From positions 32,001 through 96,000 of the IMG/VR virus record IMGVR_UViG_3300009370_000007: a stretch of DNA of 64,000 nucleotides; one strand, given 5' to 3'. Positions 50,501-58,561 of the stretch are shown here, piece after piece. The notes under the pieces were generated by a model. That model was not told the origin of the DNA. It did no database searches and saw only the letters and a list, made by a program, of their open reading frames with translations. Positions within the stretch are counted from its first letter, which is position 1, and every line of letters starts with the position of its first letter. Both the position numbers and the translations under genes were made by a program. The stretch is from a virus.

Positions 50501-52308
50501 TTAATTTCATAGGCATAGTCATGTCGATATGTATTGTCTTGGATATAGGCACTCTTAGTTGAAAGCAATCCAGTTTCCCCAATAAATTCTCCGGCATCAG
50601 CAATTGCCGAAAGCTCTTCAATCTTTACATAGTCAATTTGAGTAATATCAGCTCCACCATTTATATTGGTTTCAATTCTGGGTCTAATATAATCAACGTA
50701 ATAATTTAATTCAACTGGAGAATCAACAGAATAATATGTTCTTGTTGCACTCGATCCTCCATAATCGCCTATTGCACCAAATGTTGCATTAGTGTCAAAT
50801 CCGCCCGAACCATTCGCAGTCGTCTGAATACCTTGGGGCACTTTTCCTTGTATGTGAGTTTCATAAACAAACCATTCTGGAGATAACGGAATCCCATTAA
50901 CCAACAAATCATGTTGAGAATATGATAATGTATCTTTATTAGTTGTGCTATTAGAAAATGCAACAACTTTATTTTGAGCAGGAAAATAGCGAGCAGCATG
51001 GCCAGCAAGACTAATTTTATTTTTTTGAATTCCTTGAATTCCCCATCTATTCCTAGATGCTCTTAGGCCTTCGCTTCCTGTGTCATACCAATCTCCATCT
51101 GGGTAAACGATTGAGGATGTATTTCCAGATTTTGCATAGTCTCTTGCTCGAACGGTCATTCGATATAGTTTTGTTGGATCATATGGAATATTTTGAGTAT
51201 GAATTAAATCTACAGAATCCCAATCTTCTCCCGATGCTATCCAAGAACTATCTGGAGCAAAATTATTTCCTATTTGAAGAACCCTTCCACCAGAAACATT
51301 ATCTTCGGCAACAAATTGAATAACTCCATTTCCTTGATAATTAAACCAAAACCCAGTATTGGAAACTCCACCCAAGGTAGAATTTCCAACTCCAGTCAAA
51401 TAAATTGGAATTGGATGAGAAGCCAAATTAACAGTATTCCCTCCCGGCCCCCAAGGAACATTAAACGATGCATTCGATAATGGTCCGCGATTATCATCGG
51501 GCGAAATGAAAAACATAGAATTTGGATAGGTACTAAAATCATCAAAGAAAACTGTGTTGGATACAATAGGAAGAATCTTGGCAACTACATTTGCCTTTCC
51601 ATCGGCACTTCCAGTAAAAATATTTTCATGAATTTGAAATGTTCCAAGCATTGAATCTGTATTTAAATACAAAGTAGTTTTATGAACTTCTTTTGAGGAA
51701 AGATATTCAGGATCATAAAGAGAAGAATTTGCAGCAAAGGGGGGTGCCGGGTGAGCGACGGCTCGTTCAACAACTGCCGTGGCCCCAGAAGATTCTCCAG
51801 TAATTTTTCTATTTTCCATAATGGCACTATTGGCTGGTGCCGTAATAAACATCTTCTTTTCAGCAATCCAATTCCCACCACTGGCCAATAGCAAATCTAC
51901 TTTCGGATAATATAATTCAACATCTTCCCCATATATAACTCGAAATAAAAATTTAAATGAATCTTCGGAACCCTTTGTATGATAAAAATCTAATAGTCTC
52001 TTATAAAGAGTTCTACGATTAATACCCGAATCTGTAATTTTGGACGGAAGAGTTGGAGAAAACTCTTTACGAGTTGATTCTAAAAATAACTCAAAATCTG
52101 TATAGTCGGGATCGCGATAATCCACCAATTTTTTGGATGCATATAGAGGGCCAGCCATATCGGATACTGCGGTTGGCTGTTCCATAAATGCATAGTATTT
52201 CTCTAAAAAAGTAATAAATTTTGGATGTTTGGCCCGAACAAATTCGGGAAGCTGCTCAGATACAACTAAAGAAATTTTATTTGTGTTTGCGGTATTCGCA
52301 TTTGCCAT
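47521..52308 (-). CDS. gp7: baseplate wedge protein (gp7-like) with C-terminal TolB-like propeller, CBM-like and LamG-like extension
   Basis: QLPEFV...FLEKYYAFME, FYHTKGSEDSFKFLFRVIYG and IQDNTY..YAYEIKS...VHPVGTEMFG wedge motifs, located between gp6 and gp8, followed by WSPDG repeats. Confidence 0.8.
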   Translation of the reverse strand: MANANTANTNKISLVVSEQLPEFVRAKHPKFITFLEKYYAFMEQPTAVSDMAGPLYASKKLVDYRDPDYTDFELFLESTRKEFSPTLPSKITDSGINRRTLYKRLLDFYHTKGSEDSFKFLFRVIYGEDVELYYPKVDLLLASGGNWIAEKKMFITAPANSAIMENRKITGESSGATAVVERAVAHPAPPFAANSSLYDPEYLSSKEVHKTTLYLNTDSMLGTFQIHENIFTGSADGKANVVAKILPIVSNTVFFDDFSTYPNSMFFISPDDNRGPLSNASFNVPWGPGGNTVNLASHPIPIYLTGVGNSTLGGVSNTGFWFNYQGNGVIQFVAEDNVSGGRVLQIGNNFAPDSSWIASGEDWDSVDLIHTQNIPYDPTKLYRMTVRARDYAKSGNTSSIVYPDGDWYDTGSEGLRASRNRWGIQGIQKNKISLAGHAARYFPAQNKVVAFSNSTTNKDTLSYSQHDLLVNGIPLSPEWFVYETHIQGKVPQGIQTTANGSGGFDTNATFGAIGDYGGSSATRTYYSVDSPVELNYYVDYIRPRIETNINGGADITQIDYVKIEELSAIADAGEFIGETGLLSTKSAYIQDNTYRHDYAYEIKSEKELAEYQGFVKESVHPVGTEMFGNKLQNSFLNTSYLLNDVRPGDRINITNTPTTSYTGMERGPAWSPDGTQIAFYYGGSNDPDGIHIMNADGSGITQITTGNDSFPGWKPTGDQLTFTRHDGSNYNVYKVNPDGTSVTELTDDSGVDWMSSWETTGLTGFGPMGQTGIVFVSTRSGNYEIYTVSSGPSTIVENLIYSDGGTIQNPRYSPDGERIVFNSDAGGTGHEIYTIDKNGTDLKRLTNKEGPISSGNYGDNHSPVWSPDGNYIAFVSERESYPTAGNKLFIMDSDGLNQTLFSDGNRHGQEGDSAIYGLDWHNSLSQGNRIVYAADRSGQDEIGGRAQNIIILELFSRISTNMEDSFSPDQLDSLASWWKADAITADNLDFGVNVPGINDTKNLFKVGYSNWEVNSLPTLFSQNATISLDNDSFLFGNTSLKAVVTGGSSGSPAYGYAYITGNPYINSGTNLIAANQSYFQTAITANTKWLFSAYWKTDNNDYVQATGSNHLPGNTGELYVATGNNYGGRGYPSAVFQFPITKMQANNTWERVQGIIDLSGIDDTKLAIRLDFNGSIETGVDITHYVDGIQLEHYDSSVHGLYGNATHDSSDVRYRPTSYALPGMNGANVMSWNDSSINEHHLYSNTHGTDGNNPSSAYMAGDDDLYFVRPPLYLANAVNGHPAIHFQGPTVNAQSWSVDTHHGMSGADVGGGRRGLQANTYRWSPQRRDSVSSILMANTHLGNSNALARPVANSWSVFVVCKGSLHANSLNYTSNLQLISSGAGKVGNPTAGGSGGIDLSIGLTAFTRNGSLVTQAKSTASGGFINIEPKANVAFEGNQIANTNEWNIFGYSEYAHNGASTTVPTEAINFHINGLLVSNTNSRLDFGSAWGVSESDNTWYNLTKDGLNEAESDSLVTSVGGARRMDYTSFYGDAYNPYDGQIAEILVFNKKLANNQIAKIEGYLAHKYGLTDKLNQRDNTGTHPYKTALPPEIGD

Positions 52309-52325
52309 TATATTTTCAATTCCTA

Positions 52326-54146
52326 TTAATAGTTAGGCGAAAGATTATCATTAGTAATTTTCAAATCATCAATCATTGTGGTGGTTAAATCTTTATCTAA
52401 AATAGTGAGAATAGAATTTTCTTTTGAAAATATATTTGTGTTTTTTGGAATGACAGTAATACTAATTACCCTGGTTCCATCTGCAATTGCAGTTGGAGCA
52501 AAATTCTCAAGGACTACCACTCCAGTTGTATAGTCGATTGTTCCTGCACTTCGACTAATCACGACGAGTGATCCATCAGAATTTCTTGAAAATATACCAA
52601 CCATGCCATTAAAATCTTGCAAAAAACAATTTGCATAGCCAGCATAATTGAAGTATGTCGATACAATAACTGACATATGCGATGAATGGGGATGATATAT
52701 TTCATTATTAAAATTTATTGTATAATACAAACTCGTATTTAATGTGGGCAGGATTTCCTTTCTCAAACGAACCGACACAGAACTATTTTTAATTCCAATA
52801 TTGGTGGCATCAATCTTTTTTAATAAATTTGAATGTCTAAAATAATTATCAAACTTATTCAAATCTGTCAGGGCAAATCCAGTCACGGTCGTTGTTACAT
52901 CAGACTTTAATTGGGCCCATTTTCTAGTTGTTGCCCTTTTATCATAAGTAACTTCTGCATTTAAAACCAAATACATATACTCAGGATCAACAAATACTGG
53001 TTCTACAGTAACCATATTTCTGCTGCTCAGGGCAGTTTTAATATTTTCTTTTTCTAGCCTAGATAAATTAAATCCTTCCTTCACCTTAATTGCAATATAA
53101 ACTTTTCCATATGAAGGAGGATTGTTTTCTTCTCCTCCCCAAACTTTAATTGCATCAATCGAAGGATAATCATTAATTAGTTGTGTTTTATAATCCTGAG
53201 AAGTTACTATTCTTTTTTGAGTTTCAAATCCTCTTGGGGCCTTCAGTTTAATTGAATGTGTTGATTCTCTCGATGTCCCCCCTGATGCCGGATTTGCAAG
53301 ATTACTAAGAACAAATGTTGGATTTTTTCCTGCAATGTTTTGGGCAGCAGTAAACTCCCTTGTATAATTTCCTTCGACCCCAAGTAGAGAAATGCCATAA
53401 TCAATTTTAACCGCATCCCCAACATCAATTGCCATTCCAACTATACCGTCTCCAAAGAAAATTTGAAATAGTTCATCGTCTCCCTCTTGAAGAAAATATA
53501 CTTTGCTATTGGAATCAAGTTCTGTATAATCAGAAGCCAAATTATATTTTTCGCCATTTACAGTAACATCTAATGATCGAGTATCCACATTTATATTTGG
53601 AATTGTGAACAACTCATTTTCTGTTCCAGCAGCTACTTTGGAATATGTCAGCAATACCCCTTCTCTAATGGGAACTGACTTTGCAATGTAGGTTGTTGTT
53701 AATCCAGATCGCTTTGCAGTAACAGCCTCAGTTGTTGTAAAAATATGAAGTTTCTCATTAATAGTAGATCCAACTTTGTGTCCTTTTGCAATAGTAATTT
53801 CGGCTGCACCAGAAGAAACATCTTCAATAGTAATATCAACTACTGCCTCGGCTCCTGCCCTAGAATGAGGAACATAACCAAGTTGTTTTGCTCTGGATAC
53901 AACATTGGATCGAATAGTTGCACTATCCAAAAACATTTCGCTGGCCAACATATTTGTATAGAATGCATTATAATGTGTATTATATGCAAGAATATCTAAA
54001 AGAACTGCCATACCAGAACTCTCGAAATTATAATCTGTAAATTCATCTTGACCACTCAAGTAATCTTTGAGTGCCTCTTTAATAAGATCAAAATCAAGTT
54101 CTGTAACTTTTAATTTATTTGTTGCTGTTGTATTAATTGTTGCCAT
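52326..54146 (-). CDS. gp6: baseplate wedge protein
   Basis: ELDFDLIK, DYNFESSG, LLDILAYNTHY, FLDSA, FGDGIVG, RIVTSQDY, WGGEEN..P.YGKVYI. Confidence 0.96.
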   Translation of the reverse strand: MATINTTATNKLKVTELDFDLIKEALKDYLSGQDEFTDYNFESSGMAVLLDILAYNTHYNAFYTNMLASEMFLDSATIRSNVVSRAKQLGYVPHSRAGAEAVVDITIEDVSSGAAEITIAKGHKVGSTINEKLHIFTTTEAVTAKRSGLTTTYIAKSVPIREGVLLTYSKVAAGTENELFTIPNINVDTRSLDVTVNGEKYNLASDYTELDSNSKVYFLQEGDDELFQIFFGDGIVGMAIDVGDAVKIDYGISLLGVEGNYTREFTAAQNIAGKNPTFVLSNLANPASGGTSRESTHSIKLKAPRGFETQKRIVTSQDYKTQLINDYPSIDAIKVWGGEENNPPSYGKVYIAIKVKEGFNLSRLEKENIKTALSSRNMVTVEPVFVDPEYMYLVLNAEVTYDKRATTRKWAQLKSDVTTTVTGFALTDLNKFDNYFRHSNLLKKIDATNIGIKNSSVSVRLRKEILPTLNTSLYYTINFNNEIYHPHSSHMSVIVSTYFNYAGYANCFLQDFNGMVGIFSRNSDGSLVVISRSAGTIDYTTGVVVLENFAPTAIADGTRVISITVIPKNTNIFSKENSILTILDKDLTTTMIDDLKITNDNLSPNY

Positions 54147-54535
54147 TATCGTGCTCTCTCCAATAAAAATTCGAGTTTTCGTTCAACAGGAGAATTAATA
54201 ATAAAAAACTTCAGAAAAACATAATATCCATTTAAATTTGGCTTTGCGTCTACCTTTACTTCCGTTAAATCGACTCTTGGCTCAAAGGTATTAATTGCAT
54301 CTTTAATAATTTCAATTAAATCTAATGCAAAAGTAGGATGAATTGGTTCAAATAATGTACGATTAATATCTGATCCAAATTGAGGATTAAATGGTCTTTC
54401 ATATCTATCTGTAAACAACAAATATTGTACTGCGCGTAGGATGGCAGCATCGTCCGTCTTCACATTTAAGTTTCCAGTATTTGGATTAGCGACAAAATCT
54501 AAATCTAGATCCCTGTAAGATTGTGCATACGGCAA
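54146..54535 (-). CDS. gp25: baseplate wedge protein (sheath initiator)
   Basis: YRDLDLDF, ERPFNPQFGS, FEPRV; TTG start with AGGAG upstream. Confidence 0.93.
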   Translation of the reverse strand: MPYAQSYRDLDLDFVANPNTGNLNVKTDDAAILRAVQYLLFTDRYERPFNPQFGSDINRTLFEPIHPTFALDLIEIIKDAINTFEPRVDLTEVKVDAKPNLNGYYVFLKFFIINSPVERKLEFLLERAR

Positions 54536-54556
54536 TGGTCAACTCCTTTTCTTTAC

Positions 54557-54564
54557 TATTTATA
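54557..54564 (-). promoter_or_regulatory. T4-type late promoter TATAAATA upstream of gp25
   Basis: Exact consensus, intergenic, 21 nt upstream of the gp25 start. Confidence 0.85.
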
Positions 54565-54582
54565 CATTACTTTGCGCTGAAA

Positions 54583-55737
54583 TTATCCTGGGACTTTCAA
54601 TGCTCCAACGGCTGCTGCTCTCCCGGCGATACCCTCGCTGTAGGCTTTTCCTTCAGCAACACCGACCATTCCATCCCAATTGCCCCGAATCGTATCTTCT
54701 TCATCAATTGCTCCTATATCCACTCCAGTAACATCTGCCATCGTAATTATTCCCTTGGCTCCGATCATCATATCAGCCCCAGAAGACACTAATATAGGAC
54801 CTACTGTAGACATAAGAGTTAAATGAGATGCTGTAACCTTTGCGCCGGCCGGAGAAAATACATTAATTCCAAGTGTAGTTACAGGATTTCCTGTGGCAAA
54901 TATATCAACATCTTGTGCTGTAAATAAAGAACAACTTCCAGTCACCTGAATTTTACAAGATCCAACAACATTAAGAGAGTCGTCCCCAAGAACAGCAGTA
55001 AAATTGTCCTTGACCACCTTTGTTACCTTGCCGCCGTCAGGATGAATCTCATAAAAGGTTCCTGTCCTATGGGATTCCTTGATGCGTTCGGCTCCGGGGG
55101 TGTCATCAACTTCTCGAATGTGTCCGCTCTCGCTTTCTTCTACTGTATTAAATGGATACTTTGCAGCGTATGGGGACATCGGTTCTATTTTAAATCCCTT
55201 CATAGTAATAACTGCGGTAAGACCGTATGATTGTGCTTCTGTAATAGTATTTTTAGTTATTCCCCTCGCCAATCTAGGAGTATTCATTTCTCCTTCATCT
55301 AATGGATAATAATCAGAAGCCGGGGCATTCATGGCAAAAAGAGGCGTCATTAAAACTTTTGCCTTTTGGGGTTGGCCAGGAATGGGTTGCCCGGCCCCGG
55401 CTCGATCATCAGAAAATCCTTGGGTCCCAGGAGTTCTTGCTGGATTAGCAGAAATAACAGTCTCACCACTTCCAGAGAAACCCCCCATAATTCCAGCACT
55501 AACAGCAGTACCAATAGCTGCACCTCCAACACCACCTCCCAAAATTGCACTAGTGGCTCCTCCAGCCAAAGAAGCAGCCTGAGACTCTAAGGTTCCTTGG
55601 ACTGACCCCACCATCCCATTAAGAGAATCAGTTGCTCCCAAAACCGAAGTAGGCTGATACCCAGGAGGCAACTCACCATAATGAAGATCCTCAGGTCCTG
55701 ATGGAGTATAAAAAATATCTTCAGGGTTGCGTATCAT
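54583..55737 (-). CDS. gp5: baseplate central spike, gp5 C-terminal part (beta-helix)
   Basis: YPFNTVEESESGHIREVDDTPGAERIKESHRTGTFYEIHPDG.KVTKVV is the gp5 motif preceding the beta-helix; has its own ribosome binding site (AGGAG/GGGAG). Confidence 0.85.
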   Translation of the reverse strand: MIRNPEDIFYTPSGPEDLHYGELPPGYQPTSVLGATDSLNGMVGSVQGTLESQAASLAGGATSAILGGGVGGAAIGTAVSAGIMGGFSGSGETVISANPARTPGTQGFSDDRAGAGQPIPGQPQKAKVLMTPLFAMNAPASDYYPLDEGEMNTPRLARGITKNTITEAQSYGLTAVITMKGFKIEPMSPYAAKYPFNTVEESESGHIREVDDTPGAERIKESHRTGTFYEIHPDGGKVTKVVKDNFTAVLGDDSLNVVGSCKIQVTGSCSLFTAQDVDIFATGNPVTTLGINVFSPAGAKVTASHLTLMSTVGPILVSSGADMMIGAKGIITMADVTGVDIGAIDEEDTIRGNWDGMVGVAEGKAYSEGIAGRAAAVGALKVPG

Positions 55738-55758
55738 TTTGTAATCTCCCTTCTCCTA

Positions 55759-56625
55759 TTAGCCAATCCAATAATCTGAGTAATCGGAAGTATCAATAGA
55801 CTCTGATGAATCAAACAAATCTGAAACGGTATCCGTCGCGTCTTCAACAAACCCTTCAACTGCTTCTCCCACAGTATCCCCCACCTCTCCAATGACCGTC
55901 TCTGCTTTTACAATTACTCCTTCAGCCCACGTTGTTGCAGTTTCTCCCCACTGTTCAACAACAATCGTTGCGGGCTCAACAAGATTCATTGCGTCGTCCC
56001 ATAATTCTTCTCCGGCTTCTGTTACTACTCCTACAGCTTCATCCACCAATCCTTCAAATGCTTCTGTAAATTCTTGAACTACGCCCTCAACTGCTCCAAC
56101 AATAGGATCTATTACTGCACTAACTGTATCTTCCACAAAACCAACAACAGTATCTACCTGCTCTTCAACAAAAGCAGTGGCCACTGCCACCTGTTCGGTC
56201 AAAGCACCAAGAACAGGAATGTCGGCTGTAACTGTGGCAGCAAGGGGAACAGCAGCAGTCAACGGACCTGCAACTGCAATTGCCGTACTTACCATGCTCA
56301 TGGCTGAGAAATCTCCCGCTTCACCCGCAATATCATTTCGTCCTGTATTAATTGCCCCCAACATCACTCGGTCTTGTGCTTCTATCCCATCCCTAAAAAA
56401 TCCCAGAACTCTTGTTCCGGGTTTGAGTCCAAAAATCTTACTTGGGCTATTTAAAGGCAGCATAGGATATGCCCAAGGAAGATCCCTTGTTGGAACATCT
56501 CCTTTATTTCCACTATCCCAACCAAGACATCGAACTCGACACCTTCCAATGGCAAGCGGATCAGTATTGTCCTCGACAACACCTTCCCACCAAACAAATC
56601 CTTCAACTCCAAATCCAGTTTTCAT
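55759..56625 (-). CDS. gp5: baseplate central spike, gp5 N-terminal part (OB-fold) with acidic helical tail
   Basis: FVWWEGVVEDNTDPLAIGRCRVRCLG, LPWAYPMLP, VLGFFRDG..AQ..VMLG are gp5 OB-fold motifs; no lysozyme domain follows. Confidence 0.85.
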   Translation of the reverse strand: MKTGFGVEGFVWWEGVVEDNTDPLAIGRCRVRCLGWDSGNKGDVPTRDLPWAYPMLPLNSPSKIFGLKPGTRVLGFFRDGIEAQDRVMLGAINTGRNDIAGEAGDFSAMSMVSTAIAVAGPLTAAVPLAATVTADIPVLGALTEQVAVATAFVEEQVDTVVGFVEDTVSAVIDPIVGAVEGVVQEFTEAFEGLVDEAVGVVTEAGEELWDDAMNLVEPATIVVEQWGETATTWAEGVIVKAETVIGEVGDTVGEAVEGFVEDATDTVSDLFDSSESIDTSDYSDYWIG

Positions 56626-56629
56626 AAGA

Positions 56630-57931
56630 CTACCCCGTCCAGCCTGGATCTGGTAATTTAGACGAAAACGAATCAGTAGAAAGTTCCATAGTCATTGTAT
56701 GATTAGGAGAATTTTCAAGTGCAGCAATGGTATGGCGAAGTGCAGTAATCAAATATTTTCCAGTTAAATACTTGTCCGCTGATGGAGCAACATCCTCCCC
56801 ACCGGAAGCCTCATATGCGGGAAAAGAAAACGTAACAACATCTCCAACTGCCCTACCAGTATTCCCCGGAACAACTACTTCTGCCATAACACTATTTAAT
56901 TGTTGAAATTGAGATTTTCTCTCCATTATAACCTCGTCCAAATGATTCCCCTCATCATCTTCTCCAAAGGCATTAAGTTGCTTTGGGAGCAAAGTAACAT
57001 GACTGGTAACAAAATCCCCAAGTATCTCATTGTTTGTTAACTTTGATTTATTTAAATGACTAAAATCATCAAAGGTATCCGCATAATTAAAATACTTGGT
57101 ATCAATTTTTCGATTTACTAAATCATTAGAAATTAATTTTCCTGAAAACATTCCACGCTGAAGTCCAGCTATTGAATCTGGAGAAGATATAAATTTATAC
57201 GATTCAGCATTATAAAAATCTGCCGTCATTTTATTTTCTTTCGCATCAGCCATGTTTTTAATTCCATAAAAGTAACTAGCCAAAGGAGGAGTGCTGAATA
57301 AAGTTTCCATTGAAACAAAAACAAAGGCATCTCTCCGTTCAAAAAATACATAGTTCGCTCCGCCATGTTTATCAGATTTAGCTCCCTTTGCGAGCCAATT
57401 CAAAGTAAAAAAAGGAGTCCAACTAGGAACAAGAACACTTCTGGTAAATGTTGTAGGCTCAACGACAATTTTTTTATTTCGTACTGGTTCAAGATAATCT
57501 TTATATACTTGCTCGGCAATATCAGAGAGAAGTTTGGTTTTATATGCCTTACTAATTTTCAATCCAGTAGAATAAATTTTTTCTGGAGATGAAAAATGTA
57601 GAACGTAACCAATTTGACCATCTCCTAGCGGACCCCTATCTGAAATTTTATAAATTCTACCTTCAACTTTTAAAGCATCTTCATTTTCAAGAGACGGAGT
57701 AATAATTTCAATTTCAATTTTTTCATTTCCAACCAAAGGTGCCTTTCCAATTAAATTTAAAGAATCTGCAATGAAGATTGCCCCTGTAACACAATCCTCA
57801 TAGATGTCTTCAAAAATATCAATAGTTTGATACATATGCTCAAGTCGAAATGAATCACCAGAAGAAGAAATTATTCTTAATTTTTTTATTCTTACATCAC
57901 CAGGACGTTGGGCTCTATTCTCTTCCGCCAT
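56630..57931 (-). CDS. baseplate hub protein (gp27-like)
   Basis: IDIFEDI...TGAIFIADSLNL..PLVGNE, YVFFE, VPGNT...VGDVV...GKYLITALRH; lies between gp53 and gp5. Confidence 0.8.
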   Translation of the reverse strand: MAEENRAQRPGDVRIKKLRIISSSGDSFRLEHMYQTIDIFEDIYEDCVTGAIFIADSLNLIGKAPLVGNEKIEIEIITPSLENEDALKVEGRIYKISDRGPLGDGQIGYVLHFSSPEKIYSTGLKISKAYKTKLLSDIAEQVYKDYLEPVRNKKIVVEPTTFTRSVLVPSWTPFFTLNWLAKGAKSDKHGGANYVFFERRDAFVFVSMETLFSTPPLASYFYGIKNMADAKENKMTADFYNAESYKFISSPDSIAGLQRGMFSGKLISNDLVNRKIDTKYFNYADTFDDFSHLNKSKLTNNEILGDFVTSHVTLLPKQLNAFGEDDEGNHLDEVIMERKSQFQQLNSVMAEVVVPGNTGRAVGDVVTFSFPAYEASGGEDVAPSADKYLTGKYLITALRHTIAALENSPNHTMTMELSTDSFSSKLPDPGWTG

Positions 57932-57935
57932 ATTA

Positions 57936-58559
57936 TTACCTTACCTTACTTCTCACCAAGGCCTCAAATTCTTCCTCAAATTGTGGCAAGTAATCTCGAC
58001 GTAACAATTTAATAGTTCGTCGCTTATCATTTTCAGCAATCTCATAATCATATTGCATAACTTCCTTTCTCGCCTGTTCTACATTAAAATCATATGGTGC
58101 TGCTCCAGTACCATAAGAATAAGTAAAATCTTCTGGAACTTCAATTCCAGATTCTAGGACAACATCCCCTTGAGTATATCCAAACGAAGAATCGGGAGCA
58201 AGAAGCTCGCGAGTTTCATAATGATGAATCTTTGACATGGCAGAAGAAACCGATCCATATTTGTTTGCTATATAAGATTTCAATTCTTTATCAGATAACA
58301 TCCAATCAAATTTTGGATCTACAATATCATTAAAAAGAAGAACCACCCAAGTAAAATCAGTTGATCCATAATATTTCCATGCAACAATCTCTGGAGTCTG
58401 GCCTTCCATTACATCATAAGTATAAAATATGGCCCTATCTGATTTTGCTTCTAATCGAGCCCGAACACTAGTAAAAATATTAGTAACCACCTTTGATTGC
58501 ATTGAATCATCAAAGGCACCATATCGTATGGTAGGAATTGTTCTAAAATATTTTGCCAT
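57936..58559 (-). CDS. gp53: baseplate wedge protein
   Basis: KYFRTIPTIRY, GQTPEIVAWKYYG..WVVLLFNDIVDP..DW, HHYE, YE..END.RR.IKLL. Confidence 0.92.
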   Translation of the reverse strand: MAKYFRTIPTIRYGAFDDSMQSKVVTNIFTSVRARLEAKSDRAIFYTYDVMEGQTPEIVAWKYYGSTDFTWVVLLFNDIVDPKFDWMLSDKELKSYIANKYGSVSSAMSKIHHYETRELLAPDSSFGYTQGDVVLESGIEVPEDFTYSYGTGAAPYDFNVEQARKEVMQYDYEIAENDKRRTIKLLRRDYLPQFEEEFEALVRSKVR

Positions 58560-58561
58560 AT

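Noticed and set aside
55738-55761. Stop-codon read-through or genetic-code reassignment joining the gp5 halves
   Set aside because: Two different tandem stops (TAA TAG) plus a good SD for the second gene. TAG and TAA terminate other conserved genes at their expected ends.
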